Of a DNA stretch of 64,000 nt, positions 30,840-38,933 are shown one piece after another. The stretch covers positions 384,001 to 448,000 of the forward strand of contig CAWCYD010000003.1 of NCBI GenBank assembly GCA_963799775.1, read 5' to 3'. Each line of letters opens with the position of its first letter. Position 1 is the first letter of the stretch. The DNA is from an uncultured archaeon (GTDB lineage Archaea > Thermoproteota > Nitrososphaeria > Nitrososphaerales > Gagatemarchaeaceae). The translations under genes and the position numbers were made by a program. Below the pieces are notes generated by a model that was not told the DNA's origin, searched no databases, and saw nothing but the letters and a program-made list of their open reading frames with translations.

Positions 30840-32756
30840 ATGGAGCGCGCACCCTCTCAGGCCAGCCTGCCGTTCGACCCGGGCTCGTGCAATCTCAGGG
30901 TCGGATTGGAGATCCATCAGCAGCTAGCCACAAGCACCAAGCTGTTCTGTCCTTGTCCTCCGATGAAATCCGACGAGCTGCCTCTCTCCTTCGAGAGGAG
31001 GCTCAGGCCCACGCAGAGCGAGCTGGGACAGATCGACCCGGCCGCCGTGTTCGAGTTCAACAAGGGGAGGGCGAACGTCTACAGGGCCAACCCAGAGTCC
31101 TCATGCCTGGTCGAGGCCGACGAGGAGCCCCCGCACCCGCCGAATGCAGACGCTATCGAGACGGCTCTGATAATGGCCCATGTTCTGGGGTCGAGTGCTG
31201 TGGACGAGGTCCATGTCATGCGAAAGATAGTGATCGACGGCTCGAACACCTCGGGCTTCCAGCGGACCGCCATCATCGCGCTGGGTGGAGCACTCCGAGT
31301 GGGGCCTTCCACCGTCGGAGTACAGACGATCACCGTCGAGGAGGACTCCTCGAGGGTCCTCAAGGAGACCTCTCAGGCCAGGGAGTACGCCCTCGACAGG
31401 CTGGGAGTCCCGCTGATTGAGATCGCCCTGGACCACGTCGTGGGCGTGCCTGAACAGGTGGAGGCGATAGCCCTCACGCTCGGAAGGTCGTTGAGGTCCA
31501 CGGGGAGGGTAGCGAGAGGTCAGGGAACGATTCGACAAGACCTCAACGTCTCGTTGCTCGGTGGTCAGGTCGTGGAGGTGAAGGGAGTGCAGAAGCTGAA
31601 CCTCCTCGCCAAGGTCGTGCGCTACGAGGCCATCCGGCAGATGGGCATGGTCAAGATAGCGGAGGAGATCAAGAGAAGAGGCCTCGTCGAGGCGAGGTGC
31701 ACCTCGAAGGATGCGCGGGCAGCGCTTGAGAAGACAGAGTCCCCCATCCTGAGGCGTCTCCTGCAAAAGGGCGGAGCGGTGGAGTGCATCTCGGTCCCGA
31801 AGTTCGCGGGCCTCTTCGGGTACGAGCCGTTCCCTGGAATCCGATTGGGCAAGGAGCTCGCGGAGATCGCGAGGACGAACGGGCTTGGAGGCGTGATCCA
31901 CTCGGACGAGTTTGCGAAGCAGAGGATAGCGGAGAGCGAAGAACGCGCCCTCCGGGCGCTCACTGGATCCGATCAGGATGCGGGGTTGGTGCTGGTCGGA
32001 GGAGAGGCAATCGAGACTGTCGAGACGGTCGTCGCGCTTGTCATCGACCGTGTGAAGATGGCGTCCGTCGGGGTTCTCGGCGAGACCAGGGCTGCGACCG
32101 ACGACGGCGAGACGAGATACCTGAGACCCCGCCCAGGCGCCGCCAGGATGTACCCCGAGACGGACATACCTGAGATAGCCATCACGGAGGAGACGAAGCG
32201 CCGCTTGGCCGCCAAGCTCCCCGTCCCCTGGCAAGAGAGGGTCGCGGAGTACTCGAAGAGATACCAGCTCAGCCAAGAGGCTGCGGTCCAGCTCTTCGAC
32301 TCTGAGTATTCCGGGCTCTTCGAGGAGCTCGCCACGAAGCTGAAACTCGAGCCGTCGGTCATCGCCTCGGTACTCGTCGAGATCCCCGTTCGCCTCTCCC
32401 GCGAAGGGATAGACGAATCCAAGATCACTCCCGAGCTGCTCGCCTCAGCGCTCTGGGCCTTGGACGGGGGAAGGTTCGCAAAGGAAGCCACCATCGAGAT
32501 ACTTCGCACCATCGGCAAGGGCGAGGCCCGTGACGTGGACGAGGCGGCCTCGAAGCTGGGCCTTGCGGGAATGGGAGACGAGGAACTCGCGAAGATCATC
32601 GAAGGCGTGGTTGAGCGGAACCGAGAGCTGATCCGCAACAAAGGAGACCGCGCCTTCAGCGTCCTGATGGGCGAGGTCATGAAGCTCGCGAGGGGGAGGG
32701 TAGACGGACAGAAGGTAAGCAAACTGCTCCATCAAGCCATCGAGCGAGCCAGCTGA
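30840..32756 (+). CDS. gatE: Glutamyl-tRNA(Gln) amidotransferase subunit E
   Basis: VGLEIHQQL, IDGSNTSGFQRT, RPRPGAARMYPETDIP. Confidence 0.95.
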   Translation: MERAPSQASLPFDPGSCNLRVGLEIHQQLATSTKLFCPCPPMKSDELPLSFERRLRPTQSELGQIDPAAVFEFNKGRANVYRANPESSCLVEADEEPPHPPNADAIETALIMAHVLGSSAVDEVHVMRKIVIDGSNTSGFQRTAIIALGGALRVGPSTVGVQTITVEEDSSRVLKETSQAREYALDRLGVPLIEIALDHVVGVPEQVEAIALTLGRSLRSTGRVARGQGTIRQDLNVSLLGGQVVEVKGVQKLNLLAKVVRYEAIRQMGMVKIAEEIKRRGLVEARCTSKDARAALEKTESPILRRLLQKGGAVECISVPKFAGLFGYEPFPGIRLGKELAEIARTNGLGGVIHSDEFAKQRIAESEERALRALTGSDQDAGLVLVGGEAIETVETVVALVIDRVKMASVGVLGETRAATDDGETRYLRPRPGAARMYPETDIPEIAITEETKRRLAAKLPVPWQERVAEYSKRYQLSQEAAVQLFDSEYSGLFEELATKLKLEPSVIASVLVEIPVRLSREGIDESKITPELLASALWALDGGRFAKEATIEILRTIGKGEARDVDEAASKLGLAGMGDEELAKIIEGVVERNRELIRNKGDRAFSVLMGEVMKLARGRVDGQKVSKLLHQAIERAS

Positions 32757-32818
32757 ATTCTCGTACGCCCGCGCTCCGAGCCCTCTCTGGACGTCGTCTG
32801 AGAAACTCTCGCGACGAA

Positions 32819-34142
32819 GGCTCCGTCAGCTCTTCGGTTCATGATGCCTCGGAGCCAACTTGCCTGGCATCTGCTCCTGGGATCACCGTAGTCGTCAGGT
32901 TCCCATTCATCGCTTCACATGCAGGCCCTTCCGCCCCTTCCTTTACAGGAGGAGGCAGGGAACTGGCAAGCCTTGACAGCCCCCTATCCGCCAGATTGGC
33001 CACCGCGTTGCCGTCGCGGTGGACCCACTCCTTGCACCTCGGACACCAGAGGTGTCTCCTGTGTCTGAGGTCTCCTCTCGCAGGCCTGCAGAGCTTCTCC
33101 CCGCATGCTGAATGGATGGATGAAGACCCTCTGGTCTCTCCCCTTGTCAGCTTAACGACGGCCACTCCCTTGTTCGCCGCCTTGTAGCCCAGCATCTCAT
33201 ACTCCCTTCTATGCGGCCAGGAGTTCATCCTGAACCTATAGGCTCGACCTTTCCCGTTCCCCTTTCGATAGATCTTGTTGATGCCGGTGATGTCCTCGAG
33301 CGCGATTGCAGCTCCGGTCGACCTTGCTCTCTCGACGATCTGGTTAGTCGCGCGATGGAGCATCTGGTTCGTCCTGTCGCTCGCCCTCTTCCAGTACTTT
33401 TGCGCGAGCCTCCTCGCTATTCTCACGTCGTCCCTCTTGAAGGAAGCAAGGATCTCCCTCGTCGTCTGCTTCACTTTCACCATCCTTGAGAGGTCAACAT
33501 GCTCGAACCCTTCTCGGTCACCGTAAGTGAGGTTCTTCTCGTTCCTATCCACGCCCAGTACCCGCCTTGGCTCGATGTCCGCTACCTGGGTCGAGTAGCA
33601 TATCGCGACTCTGCCCTCCGTGATCGTCAGGCTCCTCATCTTCATGCCTGGTGTCGAGACCTTCGAGAGAGCATACCTGTTGAGCTGGACCATCTCGAAT
33701 CTGTCGTGCCCGAGGGAGATGAACAGCTTGCCCGTCGCTGTCACGAAGAATCCCCTGATTATGCATGCGGCTAGCTTCAAGGGCTTGCGGTGACTGACTC
33801 GGACGCCTCTCCTTTCGCTCTTCTCCCTGCTCCTGAGCACTGCGCATGCACGAGTTATTACTGCGGCCTTGAAAGATGATGGGAGGTCCACATCGCGGAT
33901 CGATCGGTAGAATCCCTTCATCTCCGTCCTGTTCTTGATACGGTTGCTCTCGGCGTACCGAATCGCATTGTATGTCAAGGTCCTGCATTGAGAGAGGATC
34001 TCGCGAAGGCGAGCATTGTCGTGGGGCTGCCACACCGACAGCCTCCCGAGGGACATTATGTCAGCATGATTCTAGAGTAGATAAGCGCCCATGCCCCAGC
34101 CTCATCTCGTCATGAGCCGAAGAGTCAACGGATAACAGAGCC
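32819..34142 (-). mobile_element. tnpB-only element with IS6-like imperfect terminal inverted repeats and an 8-bp flanking duplication
   Basis: Ends GGCTCCGTCA (32819-28) and revcomp GGCTCTGTTA (34142-33); subterminal IR 32830-44 / 34110-24 (14/15 match); GCGACGAA at 32811-18 and 34143-50. Confidence 0.72.
32839..34056 (-). CDS. tnpB: TnpB RNA-guided endonuclease
   Basis: RuvC I VLGVDRN, RuvC II IALEDI, Zn ribbon (HSAC...CPRC), RuvC III HRDGNAVANL. Confidence 0.88.
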   Translation of the reverse strand: MSLGRLSVWQPHDNARLREILSQCRTLTYNAIRYAESNRIKNRTEMKGFYRSIRDVDLPSSFKAAVITRACAVLRSREKSERRGVRVSHRKPLKLAACIIRGFFVTATGKLFISLGHDRFEMVQLNRYALSKVSTPGMKMRSLTITEGRVAICYSTQVADIEPRRVLGVDRNEKNLTYGDREGFEHVDLSRMVKVKQTTREILASFKRDDVRIARRLAQKYWKRASDRTNQMLHRATNQIVERARSTGAAIALEDITGINKIYRKGNGKGRAYRFRMNSWPHRREYEMLGYKAANKGVAVVKLTRGETRGSSSIHSACGEKLCRPARGDLRHRRHLWCPRCKEWVHRDGNAVANLADRGLSRLASSLPPPVKEGAEGPACEAMNGNLTTTVIPGADARQVGSEAS

Positions 34143-34205
34143 GCGACGAAGATACTCTTGCGTTCGTTGCACGCCTTTAATTGACAGGCCTAGAAATCGG
34201 TCGCG

Positions 34206-34499
34206 TTGGAATCACTTCGGAAATTCAACCAGAGGTTACGCCTTTGGGAAATCTATCTCTCAGGCATTTTAGGCATTCCAATCTTGCTCTTTCTCTTGTG
34301 GAAATGGAACCAGATTTCCACGACTGAATTCGGCGATGCCATCGCCTTCGTTGCCGTATGGGTTTGGGCTTTCTGCGTCTATCGACTATTCACGCTGAAG
34401 TTCCAGCCAAAGAAAGAGAAAGACGAAGTGGCAACAGCAATTTTGGCTCTCGTTCAGGAAATGAAGAAAGACAGAGAAGAAAGAAACTCTAAGCCTTGA
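34206..34499 (+). CDS. Small 2-TM passenger protein
   Basis: 97-aa ORF with two hydrophobic helices inside the IS. Confidence 0.55.
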   Translation: MESLRKFNQRLRLWEIYLSGILGIPILLFLLWKWNQISTTEFGDAIAFVAVWVWAFCVYRLFTLKFQPKKEKDEVATAILALVQEMKKDREERNSKP

Positions 34500-34626
34500 G
34501 ATTCTTCTTGATTTTCTGTTCCCATTCTTCTTGCGTGATGAGACCCTTCTCTTCAAGGACTTCCGCTAGGGAGGTAATCATGGCATCCAAGACCTCAGCG
34601 TTTTCCACCTTACTTTTCTTTGGCGT
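34489..34626 (-). CDS. 45-aa helical protein, probable ACG start
   Basis: GGAGG 8 nt upstream of ACG; (M)PKKSKVENAEVLDAMITSLAEVLEEKGLITQEEWEQKIKKNLKA*. Confidence 0.55.
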   Translation of the reverse strand, partial: TPKKSKVENAEVLDAMITSLAEVLEEKGLITQEEWEQKIKKNLKA

Positions 34627-34783
34627 TTCGCTTTCCTCCTTTGACTAGGTATCCGTTCTCCGAGAGCCAAGCTAAAACGATGCTCCTTATCGTGTCCGAG
34701 TATCCCTTCCCCATAGTGTCGCCTAGGTCTCGGTCGATAATGGCCCAGATTTCGTCCGGTAGTGCAACGAGTGCCTTTCTCAT
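34610..34783 (-). CDS. Ribbon-helix-helix (CopG-like) protein
   Basis: MRKALVALPDEIWAIID...YSDTIRSIVLAWL; ATGA-coupled to the transposase stop. Confidence 0.7.
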   Translation of the reverse strand: MRKALVALPDEIWAIIDRDLGDTMGKGYSDTIRSIVLAWLSENGYLVKGGKRNAKEK

Positions 34784-35685
34784 CGTGAAGCCACCTGCAC
34801 AGGAGCGATTGCGATTCTCTCCTGACTTTCTGGTTGCAAGGCCTCCTTTCGTGTGGCGTTTTCTACCAACGCCTTCCATCCCTTCAGGGCGATCCCGGCC
34901 TGCTCCGCCGGAGTCTTCCCCTTCAAGGCCATGTGAGGCCTCGCGAAATTGTAATTCACGACATATCCCTCTAGGATTATCCTCGCGCTGTCTTCGTTCT
35001 TGAATCCCCGCATAGGTCGGGTTCGCTCCTTCACGGTCTCATGGAGTCTCTCGACAATGTTGTTTGTCTCCCTCGACCGAATGCCGACCCTCTTCACTAG
35101 CTCAGGCCTTGCGACCTTGTATCGAGACCAAAAGACCGTGTTGAAAGCTTGGTCATACTGGTTCGAGCCGTCCACATACAAGACGTTTGGCTTGCGCTTG
35201 GCCGACTCTAGCCCCTTCCGGAATTGGGCGATTGTGTCCTTGAGGCTTCGCGTCTCGGAAAGATGTGATGCTACCAAAAACCTCGTCTCCTCATCTATCA
35301 TCTCCCAGAACCACACGTTTTGACCCTCGCATCGGATAACGGTCTCGTCGTGATGCCACCTTCCAATCTGGGGCGAGAGGGTCTTCACATACTCGGAAAC
35401 GAGCTTCGAGTATTTCTGAACCCACCGCCAAACGGTCGTCTGGTTCACCTTCTCCCCGTAGATGCTCTCAAGCTGGCGAGAGACCTTCTGCGCGGAGAGG
35501 CCTTCGAAATACATGGAGAGCGCGGTCAGTATGGCGTGCTTGTTCACCCTCATCGCCGGAAGGCTATCGTTATCGATAGACCGCTTCCCGCATTCGTTGC
35601 ACCTAATCATCTTCTTGCCGCGCATGGAACCGGCTGGCTTCACGCATTCCGAGAGGCAGTTCTTGCAAGGCATGATTCGACGCAT
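34780..35685 (-). CDS. IS6-family DDE transposase
   Basis: N-terminal Zn ribbon and HTH; WHHDET, LYVDG, NNIVERLHETVKERTRPMRGFK. Confidence 0.88.
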   Translation of the reverse strand: MRRIMPCKNCLSECVKPAGSMRGKKMIRCNECGKRSIDNDSLPAMRVNKHAILTALSMYFEGLSAQKVSRQLESIYGEKVNQTTVWRWVQKYSKLVSEYVKTLSPQIGRWHHDETVIRCEGQNVWFWEMIDEETRFLVASHLSETRSLKDTIAQFRKGLESAKRKPNVLYVDGSNQYDQAFNTVFWSRYKVARPELVKRVGIRSRETNNIVERLHETVKERTRPMRGFKNEDSARIILEGYVVNYNFARPHMALKGKTPAEQAGIALKGWKALVENATRKEALQPESQERIAIAPVQVASR

Positions 35686-35731
35686 ATCCCTATGGATATG
35701 CCACTACTTAAGCATATATCCATATGGATAT
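35683..35731. promoter_or_regulatory. Twin palindromic operators around a TATA-like box in the IS divergent promoter
   Basis: CATATCCCTATGGATATG (35683-700) and perfect ATATCCATATGGATAT (35716-31) flanking CTTAAG. Confidence 0.6.
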
Positions 35732-35738
35732 TTCGGTC

Positions 35739-36038
35739 ATGAAGGGTCGATTTGTCAGACTTAAGCTGTTGAAGTCTCCAAGATATGCGATGGACACAGA
35801 TTTGGACATGACCGACACTAGGGTTTGTCTCGCGTGCAAGACTACGATGGGTCGGCTTGTAGTCAAGGGCATTGGAAAAGCGACTGACCTCACCTTCGGA
35901 ATCTCCCAAATTCTCGACCAGAGGACCGGAGACAATCGGGCGATTGTAGAGACTCTTGGCGCTATGGCCTTCATGTGTCCGAAATGCGGCCACCTTCAGT
36001 TTTATGGGCGAACGATATCTGGTCGAGCCATTCCTTAG
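35739..36038 (+). CDS. Small zinc-ribbon passenger protein
   Basis: CLAC...CPKCGHLQFY; ends just before the right TIR. Confidence 0.55.
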   Translation: MKGRFVRLKLLKSPRYAMDTDLDMTDTRVCLACKTTMGRLVVKGIGKATDLTFGISQILDQRTGDNRAIVETLGAMAFMCPKCGHLQFYGRTISGRAIP

Positions 36039-36110
36039 CTGTGCAACGAACGCAAGAGTATCCGCGACGAATGACGCTTAAATAACTACGCAGACTCCTC
36101 AGAAGAGTCC

Positions 36111-36728
36111 ATGCCTGAAGATATTGGGATTATCAAGATTAGAGTGAAGTCCGGAGAGAGCGAAGCCGAGATCGAGACGTCGATGTCGAACATGAGGCAG
36201 GCGATCGAGTTTATCCCGGAGGTCTTGGCAAAGCTGCCTCAACAGGCGCTGACAAGGAGGCAGATCCACTCGTCGATGGCCGTCGAGACCCCCGCCGCGA
36301 CCCACACGCACGCAGAGGGGCCTTCCGAGGCGCCAGCAGTCTCGGCTTCGTCTGCCATACCCGCCGTCACGGTCGACAAGGGTGACTCGCTCAGCGACGT
36401 GATCTCAAAGTTCTTCGCAGACACGTGGGGACGAAGCCCTAGGAAGCTGATGGACGTGAGGGAGGCCCTGCAATCATACGGGCTGAACTACCCGAAGCAG
36501 TCGGTCGCCGTCGCGCTGCTAAGGCTTGCAAAGGCCTCGAAGATTCGGCGCTTCAAGGCTGAGGGCGGAGAGTACGTCTACACGGCGACGACAGGTGCCA
36601 TCCGCGGACCAGCGCCGATGCAACCCTCCCCAAGTCCCTCCAGCGTCGAGACCCCGGAGCCCGCGCAACTTGAAGGCGATGCTCAGATGGAAGAGCAGCT
36701 CAACCTGGACGTGCCCTCTCGCAACTGA
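36111..36728 (+). CDS. Hypothetical protein with C-terminal winged helix
   Basis: WGRSPRKLMDVREALQSYGLNY...VAVALLRL. Confidence 0.6.
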   Translation: MPEDIGIIKIRVKSGESEAEIETSMSNMRQAIEFIPEVLAKLPQQALTRRQIHSSMAVETPAATHTHAEGPSEAPAVSASSAIPAVTVDKGDSLSDVISKFFADTWGRSPRKLMDVREALQSYGLNYPKQSVAVALLRLAKASKIRRFKAEGGEYVYTATTGAIRGPAPMQPSPSPSSVETPEPAQLEGDAQMEEQLNLDVPSRN

Positions 36729-36788
36729 TGGCTCCAGTAACTGTGTGAAACGTTTAATCGGGGATGGATTTCTACGGCCTCGCACCTC

Positions 36789-37322
36789 TTGTCATCTCCC
36801 GCGGAAAGGCAGCTTGCGGTCGCCGTCAGCTACGGCGATGTCAAAGTAGAGTTCTCTGGTTCTCCCGACGTCGTCTTCCGATCACTTCACGAGTTCATCT
36901 CGAAGGAGATCCCCAACATAGACCTGGCGAAGAGCATCTCCCTGAACTACTCTCTCAACGACCTGATACAGATGTTCAAGGACTACATCCGCTTCACCGA
37001 GGAGGGCCCAAGGGTCTGGTTCCAGGACAAGAAGCTGAGCGACAAGGACGTGATCGCGCTTCAACTGGTCGCAACCAAGGCCGCCAAGTCGTCGGGCAAG
37101 GCCAAGAGCGACGACCTGAACGTGGCGGAGCTGCAGGCCTCGACGAGCCTGCTCGCGAAGACGATAGGCTCTAGGCTCTCTGAGCTGAACAAGGCAGGCG
37201 CGGTAGACAGGATCGAGGTGGAAGGTACGGGCAGATACAGGATAACGACGACAGGCATCCACTGGCTCCACTCCCAGCTCTCGAAGAAGTTCCCGAAGGC
37301 TGGTCAGGCCCCGCCGGTCTGA
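36789..37322 (+). CDS. Hypothetical protein with C-terminal winged helix
   Basis: KTIGSRLSELNKAGAVDR...YRITTTG. Confidence 0.65.
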   Translation: MSSPAERQLAVAVSYGDVKVEFSGSPDVVFRSLHEFISKEIPNIDLAKSISLNYSLNDLIQMFKDYIRFTEEGPRVWFQDKKLSDKDVIALQLVATKAAKSSGKAKSDDLNVAELQASTSLLAKTIGSRLSELNKAGAVDRIEVEGTGRYRITTTGIHWLHSQLSKKFPKAGQAPPV

Positions 37323-37745
37323 GGCTCGAGAGGCCTCTTCTGCACGTAGCGGTAGTTTCGCATCGTCCCGTCCCTGAACAGGTGCCCCTTCCCGGACAAG
37401 GTCGACAAGGGCGTGGGACACTGCTGTGCGGTCGTAGTGATATCCTCGCCTCGCTAGCTCTTCGTGGACGTCCCCGAGCGTCCTCTCGGATGCGAACCAG
37501 CCCTCCTTCCACATCCTTTCCAGCAATCCGCGGCACGTCTCGAACCTCTTGCCCTCCTCGCCTGGTATTGGGGAGTCCAGCGAGGCCTCGATCGAGACCT
37601 GCTCCTTGGAGACCATCCCGGCTAGGACGCTCTCCACCGCCTGCTGCACCCTGTCTGGCGCGCATGTGATCTCTATCTCCCACGTTCCTCGCTTGAGCTT
37701 GACGGTCACGCTGGCTGGCGCCTGCGGCTGTTGCTCACCCGACAA
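37304..37745 (-). CDS. Hypothetical winged-helix protein, frameshift ~37388
   Basis: MWKEGWFASERTLGDVHEELARRGYHYDRTAVSHALVDLVREG. Confidence 0.6.
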
Positions 37746-37863
37746 TGTAACACCCCAGCCAGACCACGCCCCTAGGCAACAGGTGAATCGGGCGTCGATG
37801 TAAGATTTCAGAGCCGGTGCGCATGAGCAGCCCGGCGAATCGTCGACTACTCTGGCTCACGGT

Positions 37864-37931
37864 ATGTTGCGCAGTAGCATGTTGCGCAATACTTATTAAT
37901 TAAGTTGCGGATACTCATGTTGCGCAACATG
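37864..37931. promoter_or_regulatory. Triple ATGTTGCGCA operator array around a TATA box
   Basis: Copies at 37864, 37879 and 37917; perfect palindrome CATGTTGCGCAACATG 37916-31; TTATTAATTAA 37893-903. Confidence 0.65.
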
Positions 37932-38924
37932 AACAATCAATTGAGCGTAGCAACGGTCGTCAACATGGACACACTGCAGTCGCTTGCAATGGAGTTCAAG
38001 GAAAGGTTCGACCTGTCCTCGGGGCAGATCCATGAGAGGTTGGCCGGGAAGGAATTCATATTCAACCACGACGGCAAAGATGCGTATCCCTACGCCGGAT
38101 GGAGCGAGGCATGCGACGGGGAGCTCCGCTCGATAGCCCCGTTGAAACAGGAAGCGACCATCGCGTCGACTGACTCCTCGTGCATACTGCTCGGCGAGTC
38201 CTTCGAGGGGGCGGTTTACGCGGTGAGGGCCGCGGTCACGTTCAGCTGCGCCGGACTCGTGAGGGGCTACTTTCGGGTCGGGCCGACCGTCGTCTACCTC
38301 TCCGCGAAAGGGGCCTATGGCCTGCCGTCTGAGCTCGAGCCGATAGAGCTCAGGATAGCGGTCTCTGACCACCAGATCGCAGAGAGGATAATTCGGAACA
38401 CCGTGGAGCGCAAGATAGTCTCTACCCTCGTCTCCTGCGACCAGATCTCCGTCGTCATGGCCGACGGCTCCCTGAAGCATCCGTTCGACCTGTATGACAC
38501 CTCGCCCGCGGCCCAGTCCGACGCGAACGCCTGCCTGGTCGGGTTCTCAAAGTCGAGCTCGCTCGTCGCGTCTAGCCGCCTCACCGGCACGGTCACAAGG
38601 GCCGACGGGCCTGCTTACTGCGCCTCGCAGGAGGGCCTGGTCCAGACGATAGTGGCGAAGTTCGCAAAGGACGGCCTGGTCTTCAGGCTCGACGTCGCAA
38701 GGCCCGTCTCCCAGCTCCAGAACATCCTCGGTCTGATCCTACACAACGACGGCTTCTCCGTCGGATACCCCGAGTCGCTCAGGGTCTCTCACCACCTCTC
38801 GGTCTTCTCGAGGTCGGAGGACACGGCGCTCAAGGCCTACCTCTCGAAACGCTACCTCCTGAAGCACCTTCCGGCCTTTGGGCTCCGCAGGATCACGCTG
38901 GGCGGCCTGAGCAACTCCGGGTGA
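37929..38924 (+). CDS. nurA: NurA-like nuclease
   Basis: IASTDSS, VMADGSL, LVGFSKSS, GYPESLRVSH. Confidence 0.75.
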   Translation: MNNQLSVATVVNMDTLQSLAMEFKERFDLSSGQIHERLAGKEFIFNHDGKDAYPYAGWSEACDGELRSIAPLKQEATIASTDSSCILLGESFEGAVYAVRAAVTFSCAGLVRGYFRVGPTVVYLSAKGAYGLPSELEPIELRIAVSDHQIAERIIRNTVERKIVSTLVSCDQISVVMADGSLKHPFDLYDTSPAAQSDANACLVGFSKSSSLVASSRLTGTVTRADGPAYCASQEGLVQTIVAKFAKDGLVFRLDVARPVSQLQNILGLILHNDGFSVGYPESLRVSHHLSVFSRSEDTALKAYLSKRYLLKHLPAFGLRRITLGGLSNSG

Positions 38925-38933
38925 TATAGCGAC

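Larger units (their letters stand above)
34151..36063 (-). mobile_element. IS6-family element with passenger genes
   Basis: Perfect 22-bp TIR GATACTCTTGCGTTCGTTGCAC (34151-72 / 36041-62); GCGACGAA on both sides (34143-50, 36064-71). Confidence 0.88.

Noticed and set aside
29513-31420. 635-aa GatD overlapping gatE
   Set aside because: An extra G near 30663; corrected GatD ends at 30833, just before gatE
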